DNA from: Marinicella sp.
GTDB lineage: Bacteria; Pseudomonadota; Gammaproteobacteria; Xanthomonadales; Marinicellaceae
Assembly (NCBI GenBank): GCA_028284365.1
Contig: JANQRW010000074.1
Location: forward strand, 12,886 to 76,885
Length of the DNA stretch: 64,000 bases
Direction of reading: 5' to 3'
The translations under genes were made by a program, and so were the position numbers. This document shows, one piece after another, positions 9,669 to 18,468 of this stretch. The notes under the pieces were generated by a model, which saw only the letters and a list, made by a program, of their open reading frames with translations, searched no databases and was not told the DNA's origin. The number at the start of each line of letters is the position of its first letter. Positions within the stretch are counted from its first letter, which is position 1.

Positions 9669-10367
9669 TCACTGTGCACCGCCGAGATAAGCCATTTCAA
9701 TTGACCAATAAACCGCACCATAAGCATCTTTGAAACCTGCTTCTAATAGATCATCCAGCACTTCCCAACCAAAAGTATAAAAACTTAAAATACCCTGGCT
9801 TGAAACTGGATCACCATGGTATTCAGGTTCAACGTGATGGCTTATTTGTCCATTTTCTCCAATGGTTACTCTGGTCAGATTATGTGCACTATTCAAGTCA
9901 TACGGGACTGAAAACATCAAACACCCTCCAGGTTCCAACACCCGATACATTTCTGCAAATGCCGAACGATACTCAGGAATGTGTTCCAAGCAATCAAAGG
10001 ACAACACATGCTTAAACTGTGAGTCATCAAACGATAACCGGGTTAGATCCTGATGTTTTAGTTTATGGGGAAACATCCTTAGGTTGCACTTAACTCTTCA
10101 CAGCCAATTCATGTTTGCCAAATATTCGCTGCCAACCATATTGGCATACTTAACATTTAACCAACGATACAATGGTGTCAATTGCTCTGTGATATAGATA
10201 TCATCAATAAGCTCTGGTTTGAATTGGCCAACTCAGTAAAACTCACCTGCTTGTTTAAAACGTGCCGTTAATTCGACCTCTTTTGCACTCAAACCAGATA
10301 ATTCATCAGCGTATTTTTCGACCAAATGCTGATATTCATTGAGGGCTCTGATTTTATGAATTTGCAT
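9669..10367 (-). pseudogene. class I SAM-dependent methyltransferase reading frame interrupted by two in-frame TGA codons
   Basis: One continuous frame of 233 codons runs from ATG 10367 to the stop at 9669. TGA occurs at 10233-10235 (..EFY*VGQF..) and 10098-10100 (..NWL*RVK..). The C-terminal part (HQDLTRLSFDDSQFKHVLSFDCLEHIP...VLEPGGCLMFSVP) is methyltransferase type-11-like. Confidence 0.7.
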
Positions 10368-10459
10368 AAATCAAATGATAAATGAACCGGGTCTCAAAGA
10401 TTTGACATTTGCTTAACTAAAGGTTGTTTTTCAACAAACAAACACCAATAATACACCCT

Positions 10460-10820
10460 TGAGTTGGTCGGGCAATCGCGGGTTGATATTTCAATTCGAG
10501 GAAAGTCCGGGCTCCACAGGACAAGGTGCCGGATAACGTCCGGGGGGCGTGAGCCCACGGCCAGTGCAACAGAAAATATACCGCCTTATTTGTATTCATA
10601 TGCATTTCGGGTAAGGGTGAAATGGTGTGGTAAGAGCGCACCGCGACTTTGGTAACAAAGGCGGCATGGTAAACCCCACCTGGAGCAAGATCAAATAGGA
10701 AGACTAATCGTGTGGTCCGCATGAGTTTTCGGGTAGATTGCTTGAGGCTGGCAGTAATGTCAGACCCAGATGAATGATTGCCACGTTTTACGTACAGAAC
10801 CCGGCTTACAGACCAACTCT
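10460..10820 (+). ncRNA. rnpB: RNase P RNA, bacterial type A
   Basis: GAGGAAAGTCCGGGCTCCACAGG, GGTAAGGGTGAAA..GGTAAGAGCGCACC, CAGATGAATGATTGCC and ACAGAACCCGGCTTA blocks. The P1 helix pairs GAGTTGGTC (10460-) with GACCAACTC (-10819). A T-run follows. Confidence 0.95.
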
Positions 10821-10974
10821 TTTTATTGTGGTTTACTTCGCTTCTTTATCCTGTGAATAAAAACCAGTGACACAAACCCCTTCAATTTAGTTGTCATTCA
10901 CCATCAGAATGACAACACCTAATTACCAACTGTTGTTAAAATGCGACTATTGTAGCAATAGCAAATGACTTAAC

Positions 10975-13044
10975 TTGACTCAATCTTCAGAACAAAAAAA
11001 AACTGATGATTTGTGGTTGGATGACGACCATTGTTCAGTCGCGCACGGTACAAACACAACAGATGTACTCAGGACATTGCATGCCGATGATGAAATCATT
11101 GAGATTTATGGTTGGTTTCATGCCATTCGTAAGGGACAAACGGAAATTGGATCTTTACAGGGTGAAGTCAGCGAAAAACAGCTGACAACACTCAACAACC
11201 TCATCAAAATTCACCATGCAGACTGGCTGCTCAAACCTAAATCAAACAATGCAGAGGGTTTAAGGCGGTTATTGTTCGCCATGATTGATGATGTGCGCTT
11301 GGTTTTGATCTTGTTAGCAGAACAATTGGTACTGATGCGAGCAGCCATTGAGTTTAATGAAGCCATACAAAAACAACTCGCTACTTCCACCATGACCTAT
11401 CACGCGGCTCTGGCCAACCGTCTGGGAGTGTGGCAGATCAAATGGGAACTGGAGGATTTATCATTCCGTTTTTTACATGCTGATCAATACAAATCCATCG
11501 CCAAGAAACTGGCCGAAAAACGCAATGATCGCGAACAATTCATTCAAGTGTGTTCAACCAAACTCACATCAGAATTGGCCCAAAATAACATCACCGCTGA
11601 TATTGCAGGGCGACCTAAACACATCTACAGCATTTATAAAAAAATGCAAAAGAAGAATCTTGAGTTTGAAGGCTTATTCGATATTCGTGCGATCAGGGTG
11701 TTGGTAGATTCTGTTGCCGATTGTTATGCCACTTTAGGTATTGTGCATGCCACGTGGTCTCATATCCCAAAAGAATTCGATGATTACATCGCACAACCCA
11801 AAGGCAATAATTACCAATCTTTACATACTGTGGTGGTGGTTGATGGAAAAACCCTGGAGGTGCAAATCCGAACCCATGAGATGCATGAACATGCCGAGCT
11901 GGGTGTGGCAGCACACTGGCGCTATAAAGAGGGTTCTAAACAAGATCAAAGCTATGATAATAAAGTCAACTGGATGCGCCAGTTGCTCTCAGAACACAAT
12001 ACGGCTGATGATTTATTGGATGCGTTTCAGTCAGATACCCAGGAAGAGCGGATTTATGTCTTTACTCCTAATGGCGATGTGGTGGATTTACCCTCTGGTT
12101 CAACGCCGGTCGACTTTGCTTATCAAGTTCATACCGAAGTCGGTCACCGCTGTCGTGGCGCCAAGGTCAACGGCTCCATTGTGCCTTTAACACGTGCACT
12201 AAATACCGGTGACCAAATTGAAATCTTAACTGCAAAATATGCCAAACCGTCCAGAGATTGGCTGCATGAACAATCGGGTTACCTCCAAAGCGCAAGGGCC
12301 CGAGCCAAAGTCAGGCACTGGTTCAGAGAAAATGATTTTGATAAAAATTTATTGTTAGGTAAAGAACTGCTTGAAACTGAGCTAAATAAATTCGCTTTAC
12401 AAAACACAGACTTACAAAAACTACTTGAGTCATTCAACTTACAGCACACCGATAAACTCTATGCCATGATTGCCACCGGTGATATTACGGTTAACCAAGT
12501 GATACGACGGGCTGAAGCACAACTGAACCCGCCAAAACGCTTTGTCCACAAAACCGTTCCCAAGAAAGCATCAACCAAAACCACAAGCAGCGGCTTGTTG
12601 GTTGAAGGTGTGAATGACTTAAAAACAACTTTGGCCAGTTGTTGTAATCCAGTCCAAGGTGATGCCATTGGGGGTTACATCACCTTAACACGCGGCATCA
12701 CAGTTCATCAGGCCAGCTGTGATAACTACCTACACATGATCTCTGAACAACCCAGTCGTCTGGTTAATGTTAAATGGAGCAGTGACGAGACTGAAAAAAC
12801 AGTAACCACTTTATTAATCGCAGCCAATAACCGCAAACAGTTGATTCGTGACATCAGTGCCCTATTGGCCCAACTCAAGGCGGATATCATGGCTTTGTAT
12901 GCTGAACCCGATGAAGAAGCTGGTTTGGTCAGCATCAACATCACCATCCAAGTGAAAGATTTTGACCACTTAAGTGGAGTCATCAGTCGCTTATCCAGTC
13001 TCGAGCATATTAATGCCATTCAAAGAAACCTAAACAAAGATTAA
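10975..13044 (+). CDS. relA: GTP pyrophosphokinase (RelA/SpoT homologue, RelA-like)
   Basis: Synthetase block GRPKHIYSIYKKMQKKNLEF..FDIRAIRV, HTVV...LEVQIRT..MH..AELGVAAHWRYKEG, TGS block IYVFTPNGDVVDLP.GSTPVDFAY and a C-terminal ACT-like domain. TTG start, with no in-frame ATG for about 100 codons. Confidence 0.9.
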   Translation: MTQSSEQKKTDDLWLDDDHCSVAHGTNTTDVLRTLHADDEIIEIYGWFHAIRKGQTEIGSLQGEVSEKQLTTLNNLIKIHHADWLLKPKSNNAEGLRRLLFAMIDDVRLVLILLAEQLVLMRAAIEFNEAIQKQLATSTMTYHAALANRLGVWQIKWELEDLSFRFLHADQYKSIAKKLAEKRNDREQFIQVCSTKLTSELAQNNITADIAGRPKHIYSIYKKMQKKNLEFEGLFDIRAIRVLVDSVADCYATLGIVHATWSHIPKEFDDYIAQPKGNNYQSLHTVVVVDGKTLEVQIRTHEMHEHAELGVAAHWRYKEGSKQDQSYDNKVNWMRQLLSEHNTADDLLDAFQSDTQEERIYVFTPNGDVVDLPSGSTPVDFAYQVHTEVGHRCRGAKVNGSIVPLTRALNTGDQIEILTAKYAKPSRDWLHEQSGYLQSARARAKVRHWFRENDFDKNLLLGKELLETELNKFALQNTDLQKLLESFNLQHTDKLYAMIATGDITVNQVIRRAEAQLNPPKRFVHKTVPKKASTKTTSSGLLVEGVNDLKTTLASCCNPVQGDAIGGYITLTRGITVHQASCDNYLHMISEQPSRLVNVKWSSDETEKTVTTLLIAANNRKQLIRDISALLAQLKADIMALYAEPDEEAGLVSINITIQVKDFDHLSGVISRLSSLEHINAIQRNLNKD

Positions 13045-13069
13045 ATCGTTTGATTGGACACTGCTTCAT

Positions 13070-13276
13070 TCATGAAATGCTCCAAAGCTGAATGTTGACT
13101 TGTGTATGTGCACCATCAGCATTACTTTTGAATTTTAATTTACCTCCCATCGAATCAACAATCCACTGTGACAACTTTAAGCCAATTCGAAATCCATCCG
13201 TATTGTTGGCATCCAGATGAAACTTGACAACAGTTTCACCGTTGCTTGGCAGAAAGCGTTTTGATAATCTTAAATC
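13070..13276 (-). pseudogene. possible relic of a histidine-kinase HATPase C-terminus
   Basis: A 68-codon stop-to-stop frame without a start codon ends ..TDGFRIGLKLSQWIVDSMGGKLKFKSNADGAHTQVNIQLWSIS*. This resembles the G2-box to C-terminus pattern G.GLGL.i....v..mgG.i...S..g.Gt.f...L. Confidence 0.3.
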
Positions 13277-13288
13277 TCACTTACCCAC

Positions 13289-13317
13289 AAAAAACCGGTC
13301 ATACACCAGTTTTTTTA
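13289..13317 (-). terminator. intrinsic terminator of the 13343-14677 gene
   Basis: Minus-strand RNA is ACUGGU-GUAUG-ACCGGU followed by UUUUU. It lies 26 nt downstream of the stop codon. Confidence 0.5.
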
Positions 13318-13342
13318 CCATAGTAGTTATTACCAATGGTTT

Positions 13343-14677
13343 TTAATCAAAGTCACTGCTGAAAATAATATCATCCCTGATAAAAGTGGCTCCCACCTGT
13401 AAATCATCGATGACAAAAGCTGCAGTTGTGGATGAGTTACTTTGAAAGCCAGTTAATACCGCTCCAATCCCACGCCCACTGCTCACACCATGACTCCTGT
13501 TTTCCAGTAACAACTCACCATCCAGCCTAATACTGTAAGTCTCATTATCCATGTCAAAACTCATATTCAACCGGTATACCCTATCAATTTCATAAACTCC
13601 CAATGTGCCAATAAAACCGCCCCCATCTGATGCCAAAATTAAACCTTGATCATTAAACCTTAAATTCAAAAAAGACGAAGCATTGCTTGACTGTTCACGT
13701 ATCAACACCTGATATCTATCTAACACATCAAAGTGGACATCCATTTCTATCACAACAATGCCAGAACTCAATTCTATTTGATTCAGAAACTCCCAACGTA
13801 TTGCTCGGCTACCACCCGAGTTACTTAAACTAACTAGTAAGGCCTGATCATTCACACCTGTTGTAATGATTTCAGTAAGCACCCCTGGCGTTATACTAAC
13901 AGGCTCTCCCAGAACCGCACCACCTGTGCCAATCATCTGTCCAATCATCTGCTGTTCAAGGTCAACATCCAATATCAATGGTAAATCAACTGGTGCGGTC
14001 ACACTCAGGTTATCAAGTACAAAATAATCACCATTGGCACCACTGTTAAAACCGGTCAATAATCGCCCCACCCCCCTGTCTGTAATACCATGCTCACGCG
14101 CAGAAAACAGGACATCATCATTAATGCTTAAGGTACTGGTTCCAGCATCCATATCAAAAGTTATTTCAACAGATTGTAAATCACCTGCCACCCATGTGTT
14201 ACTACTCAAGGGTATTAAACCCGCACTGTCTGTTACTGACAAGGTTCCTGTGTTTGAGTAACTAATGCTAAGAAAGCTCCTTGATGAACCACCATTCTCG
14301 CGTACACCAAAACTGTAACCATCAAGCGAGCTGGGAGTAAAGTCAAATGCAATAACCACCTGACCTTCAGTGATTTCGATGTTGTCCAAAAATTCCCAAC
14401 GCATCCTGGTAGCGCCAGTGATGCCTGGATCTTTCTCAACCAAGAGCGCATGCTCTCCTGGGACAACTTCAATGATCTCAGTGGTCAGTACATGGGTATG
14501 TACTGGTTCACCCAATGCAGGACCACCCTCACCTATTGTATCCCCTGGTGTCAACTCATTAAAATCTGCATACAGAACGGTTGTGGGCGTACTTGGCGTG
14601 CCTGCCAGTGAATGAAAACTCAAACAGAGCATTGAAACAAAGAAAATAGATGTGACTTGAGTTATTTGTATTTGCAT
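13343..14677 (-). CDS. secreted protein with two tandem roughly 195-aa jelly-roll/LamG-like repeats
   Basis: Signal peptide MQIQITQVTSIFFVSMLCLSFHSLAG. The two halves share IG.GG..LGEPV, R.RWEFL..IE...G.VVI, SFL.L, FDMD, HG....G.G..LTGF.S and FV.D.L.V. Confidence 0.75.
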   Translation of the reverse strand: MQIQITQVTSIFFVSMLCLSFHSLAGTPSTPTTVLYADFNELTPGDTIGEGGPALGEPVHTHVLTTEIIEVVPGEHALLVEKDPGITGATRMRWEFLDNIEITEGQVVIAFDFTPSSLDGYSFGVRENGGSSRSFLSISYSNTGTLSVTDSAGLIPLSSNTWVAGDLQSVEITFDMDAGTSTLSINDDVLFSAREHGITDRGVGRLLTGFNSGANGDYFVLDNLSVTAPVDLPLILDVDLEQQMIGQMIGTGGAVLGEPVSITPGVLTEIITTGVNDQALLVSLSNSGGSRAIRWEFLNQIELSSGIVVIEMDVHFDVLDRYQVLIREQSSNASSFLNLRFNDQGLILASDGGGFIGTLGVYEIDRVYRLNMSFDMDNETYSIRLDGELLLENRSHGVSSGRGIGAVLTGFQSNSSTTAAFVIDDLQVGATFIRDDIIFSSDFD

Positions 14678-14831
14678 GAGTTCTTACTCCCTAATTTGTG
14701 AAATTAAAGTCTAAGAACACAGGTCCTTTTATACTTGAAAAAAAGTTAAAAAAAACATGAAATTTTCATCAAAGAGCATCGCAGTTACAGCATTGGGTCC
14801 GATTCGCTGTCTTTTTAATGATTCGAAACAC

Positions 14832-14861
14832 AAAAAAAGCCAGCACTTGGCTGGCTTTTTT
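14832..14861 (-). terminator. intrinsic terminator downstream of dsbA (symmetrical A/T flanks, so potentially bidirectional)
   Basis: AAAAAAAGCCAGC-ACTTG-GCTGGCTTTTTT: a 7-bp GC-rich stem flanked by an A-run and a T-run. Confidence 0.75.
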
Positions 14862-14881
14862 CAATGTAACATCAGTTTTTT

Positions 14882-15697
14882 TTACTTCATGGCTTGTAAT
14901 TCTTGATTAATCAAATGCTTGGTTATATCGATCACATCATTACGGGTTTTCAGTGCTTTGTTGTTTGGCACATATTTGCCGTTGGTCACCAGAGTTGGTG
15001 TTGACTGGACACCCATGGCTTGTACCATTTGCATGCCTTTACGAACCTGACCATCAATCATGAAAGATTTGGCTGTGGATAAAAATTTATCCTTATCAAC
15101 ACCAAATGAACTGGCGGCCCAAACAGCAATCTCATCCACCGTTCTGAATTGTTTGCGGTGTTGATGAATGGCTTCAAACATGGGTTCATGCGCTTTGTCG
15201 ATGATGCCCATGGCCTCAAATGTATAATAAGCTTTTGCAAACGGCTCCCACTGTCTGCCAAAAACAACTGGTACACGAACTATTTTACTGTTTTCAGGTA
15301 ATTCCGCTTCCAGTTTTTTCATATACGGCTCAAAAGTGGCACAATGAGGACAGGTGTAACCAAAAAACTCATAAACAATAACTTCATTTTCAGCATTGGT
15401 ATTGTAAGCAGGATTAATCACGCGGTAATGGATACCTGGTTGGAAATCAACTTTTGGTTGAGTAACTTGGCTAACCGTTGCGGCTGTTTGTTCTTTCAAT
15501 TTTGCTTTTGCAGTTTCTGTGGCTGCAGTTACTTTTTCAGTCACTGCTTCTTTGACTGCTGTTTTAGCAGCATCAGTTTTTTCAGCCACTGCTTGTTCTG
15601 TCTTGGCTTTCACCTCAGCCTTGGCTTCTGCCTGACTGTCAGCTTGTGAGCAACCCCAAAACAATATAACCGATAAAATCAGGGTAAGTTTTTTCAT
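14882..15697 (-). CDS. dsbA: DsbA-family thiol:disulfide oxidoreductase, lipoprotein form with an Ala/Lys/Glu/Thr-rich linker
   Basis: Lipobox LFWGC, a roughly 65-aa low-complexity linker, then FFGYTCPHCATFEP (CPHC active site) and a DsbA-like C-terminus. Confidence 0.85.
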   Translation of the reverse strand: MKKLTLILSVILFWGCSQADSQAEAKAEVKAKTEQAVAEKTDAAKTAVKEAVTEKVTAATETAKAKLKEQTAATVSQVTQPKVDFQPGIHYRVINPAYNTNAENEVIVYEFFGYTCPHCATFEPYMKKLEAELPENSKIVRVPVVFGRQWEPFAKAYYTFEAMGIIDKAHEPMFEAIHQHRKQFRTVDEIAVWAASSFGVDKDKFLSTAKSFMIDGQVRKGMQMVQAMGVQSTPTLVTNGKYVPNNKALKTRNDVIDITKHLINQELQAMK

Positions 15698-15767
15698 AAA
15701 TTAATCCTCGTAAATTTTGTGGTTTGACTGATTACAACAATAAAAGTTTCAGTTTTATGATAATGAA

Positions 15768-16397
15768 TTACTGTGCTACTTTTAAACCTTGAATGTAACT
15801 TGCTACGGCATCAATTTCCTCTTCAGTCATATAGCGAGCGACATCGGTCATGATCTTACCATTAACATCATCAGCTTCGCCCCAGATTTTGCCCGCTTTG
15901 AATTCACGCAATTGTAATGCAGTATAACCAGCGTGCTGATTAGCCAATGAAGGGTATCCAGTCAAAGGAACGCCGTGACCTGTGGGACCGTGACATGACA
16001 TACAGGCAGGAATGTTGCGGGCTTTATCACCCCCCTGATAAATCTTTCTGCCCAGTTCAACCAAATCTGGATCAGCTGCTTTCAAAGTCATTTTTTGACC
16101 CGCAAAGTAAGCCGACAAATCCGCAATGTCTTGATCTGATAAACCAGCAGCCATAGGTGCCATCATCGCGTTTTTACGTAGACCGTCACGGAAAAACCTT
16201 AAGTGACGTTCTATATAAGCCATATGCTGGCCTGCTAGACTTGGCCATACCGAGTTAATACTGTTACCGTCAGCACCATGACATGCGGCGCAAGTAGCTG
16301 ATAGGGCTTGCCCTTTCTCGGCATCGCCAGCTGCAAAAGTGTTAGCACTCATAAACAGTAGCGCTGATAATAATATTTTCTTAGTTATGTGCTGCAT
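15768..16397 (-). CDS. dihaem cytochrome c4
   Basis: Signal peptide, two CxxCH motifs (CAACHG, CMSCHG), each followed by a distal Met region. 209 aa, and the cc4-dsbA/engB neighbourhood matches pseudomonads. Confidence 0.9.
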   Translation of the reverse strand: MQHITKKILLSALLFMSANTFAAGDAEKGQALSATCAACHGADGNSINSVWPSLAGQHMAYIERHLRFFRDGLRKNAMMAPMAAGLSDQDIADLSAYFAGQKMTLKAADPDLVELGRKIYQGGDKARNIPACMSCHGPTGHGVPLTGYPSLANQHAGYTALQLREFKAGKIWGEADDVNGKIMTDVARYMTEEEIDAVASYIQGLKVAQ

Positions 16398-16743
16398 AAA
16401 AACCCCTGATGGTTCTGAATCTCTAAAAACGCGCTATTATACAAGGAATTCTCTTATTATGGCTCCATTAATTTTTGTCTCTGACAAAATAAAACAACCA
16501 AACCGAGCATGTCTTTGTAGGCCTCGCATTTACCCCTGATTAGCGGCTTATGGTATTTGCTTATGCTTCCTTTTGCTTTACAAAAAACAACAACCGTTGC
16601 TTACCAAACCTAGACTAGGGCCTGTTAGGAAAAGTGATCAATCAATACTTTCTGCCTACTATTTTAATTCATATGAGCAGCCAAATCATATCAAATTGGC
16701 TTTATCTCATTTAAAATAACCACTTTTTGATTAATCGGATTGT

Positions 16744-17349
16744 ATGTCCAACTTGTTTTCACATTGCGAATACCTGACCAGTGCTTATAAAACCAGCCAA
16801 TTGCCAGATGATGTGGGTATGGAAATCGCTTTTGCAGGTCGTTCTAATGCGGGCAAATCAACCACCATCAACGCCCTAACCAATCACAAAGGATTGGCCA
16901 AAGTCTCCAAAACACCTGGGCGCACCCAGTTATTTAACTGTTTTGAGTTCAAACCCAACAAGCGCTTGGTTGATTTACCCGGCTATGGTTACGCCAAAGT
17001 ACCCATGAAAATGCGCAAGCATTGGGATAAAGAAATTGAAAATTACTTGATGAAACGTGACAGTTTAATTGGTGTTGTGATCATTATGGATATCAGGCAT
17101 CCAATGAAGGTTTTTGATGAACAGATGATCACATGGGCACACAATTCAGGCTTGTATTCACATGTTTTATTGAACAAAGCCGATAAATTGAATAACAACG
17201 AAATCAAGAAAACCCTGATGAAAGTAACCAAAGAAATTGCCAAGTACAGCGATTCAACCTCCTGCCAAACCTTTTCAGCTTTGCGCAAAACAGGTTCGGC
17301 TGAATTGTCACAAATCCTGACCCCTTGGTTTGCAGAGGACAACGGCTGA
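16744..17349 (+). CDS. engB: ribosome biogenesis GTP-binding protein YihA/EngB
   Basis: G1 GRSNAGKST, G3 DLPGYGYA, G4 NKADK. 201 aa. Confidence 0.92.
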   Translation: MSNLFSHCEYLTSAYKTSQLPDDVGMEIAFAGRSNAGKSTTINALTNHKGLAKVSKTPGRTQLFNCFEFKPNKRLVDLPGYGYAKVPMKMRKHWDKEIENYLMKRDSLIGVVIIMDIRHPMKVFDEQMITWAHNSGLYSHVLLNKADKLNNNEIKKTLMKVTKEIAKYSDSTSCQTFSALRKTGSAELSQILTPWFAEDNG

Positions 17350-17352
17350 TTC

Positions 17353-18468
17353 ATGGATTACCCATACCAATGTGATGGCATGCTGACACTGGAATGCCAA
17401 ACACCCAACCAACCGCTGTTAAACAAACAAGACGCCAATGACTTAACAGCGATGGTGGCCAAAGACTTGAATGCTGTTTTGAAAATTGATGGTCAAACAG
17501 CTTTGGTTTTTTGTGGCGCTGCCTATGCCACTGAACAATTACTACAACCTAAATTTCCCATTCAAGACAGCATCACCCAATATGCTTCAGCAGCTTTCCA
17601 GGGTGAATTGAATACTGATCAAGTGTTATCTATTGGCGCTGATAAAGGGCACATGCCTGTTGGGCTGAAACCCGATCCAGCACAACAAAATCTGGTGCAT
17701 TTACCGTTTTGTCTTTACACCCATGACCGAGAATTGGCAGCGCGTTTCGAGGCCACCCTGATGCACAAAGGCATGGTGTCGCCACCCACTTACCAGAAAC
17801 TCAGTGAATTAATTAATGCCACCATTAATCACGCCAATTACATGAGCTACCTGGACCTGGTGGCAATGATGCACAACCATTTTGAACAACTGGGTTTATC
17901 ACATTTGTGGCAAATCATTGAAGCTGCTTTGGTTAACGATACACCCAAAAAAGCATTGGTGACTGATACCCACAACCATTTTTATCTGGTGGATCATTTA
18001 TTATTCACACCTTATTTTTCATGGGCACAATTCAAACAATATTTCACAGCAAGCACACCACAGAATTACATCAATTGGTTGATGGCACAGCGCTTGTCTT
18101 TGAGTGCATTTTCGGTGCATGGACTGGAAATCAAAGCCTTTCGGGCCGAGAGTTGGCCGATTCAAGGTGACAAAGTATGTCTGGGTTCATTTGAAAACCA
18201 ACGCATCAAACAAGCCTACTGGATGCACACCGTCAAAGCCCCTGAATCAGCACCTGACAAAGTCATCTATTATGAAGATGTCCAAGCTGGTGTTGTGGCT
18301 GTCAGTGTACCAGTTGCTGATAAACATAACGCAGTTTATTACCCCATCACACCACAAGGGATTCAATTGATACAACAGGAAATCAAACAAATAATGAACA
18401 CTGGGTCAAACCATAATCAAGAAAAAACCGCCTTACCCTTTGATAAATATTCGGATTGGTTGTTATGA
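17353..18468 (+). CDS. hypothetical protein, no recognisable motif
   Basis: 371-aa ORF starting 3 nt after the engB stop. Its TGA overlaps the uvrD ATG (ATGA at 18465-18468). No signal peptide or TM segment. Confidence 0.65.
   Translation: MDYPYQCDGMLTLECQTPNQPLLNKQDANDLTAMVAKDLNAVLKIDGQTALVFCGAAYATEQLLQPKFPIQDSITQYASAAFQGELNTDQVLSIGADKGHMPVGLKPDPAQQNLVHLPFCLYTHDRELAARFEATLMHKGMVSPPTYQKLSELINATINHANYMSYLDLVAMMHNHFEQLGLSHLWQIIEAALVNDTPKKALVTDTHNHFYLVDHLLFTPYFSWAQFKQYFTASTPQNYINWLMAQRLSLSAFSVHGLEIKAFRAESWPIQGDKVCLGSFENQRIKQAYWMHTVKAPESAPDKVIYYEDVQAGVVAVSVPVADKHNAVYYPITPQGIQLIQQEIKQIMNTGSNHNQEKTALPFDKYSDWLL

Noticed and set aside
10098-10235. Selenocysteine or genetic-code reassignment as the explanation for the two in-frame TGA codons
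   Set aside because: TGA clearly terminates other genes here, for example the MAPEG gene at 2679-2681, engB at 17347-17349 and the 371-aa ORF at 18466-18468. I see no convincing SECIS-type hairpin just downstream of either TGA, and no selenocysteine machinery is in the window. Pseudogene or sequencing error is more parsimonious.
10417-10722. 101-aa minus-strand ORF, and the 63-aa plus-strand ORF at 10464-10655
   Set aside because: Both lie entirely inside the RNase P RNA gene, whose conserved blocks are unmistakable. They are spurious translations of a structured RNA.
15074-15082. Consensus DnaA box TGTGGATAA
   Set aside because: It is a single occurrence inside the dsbA coding sequence, with no cluster, no AT-rich unwinding element and no dnaA or gidA context.
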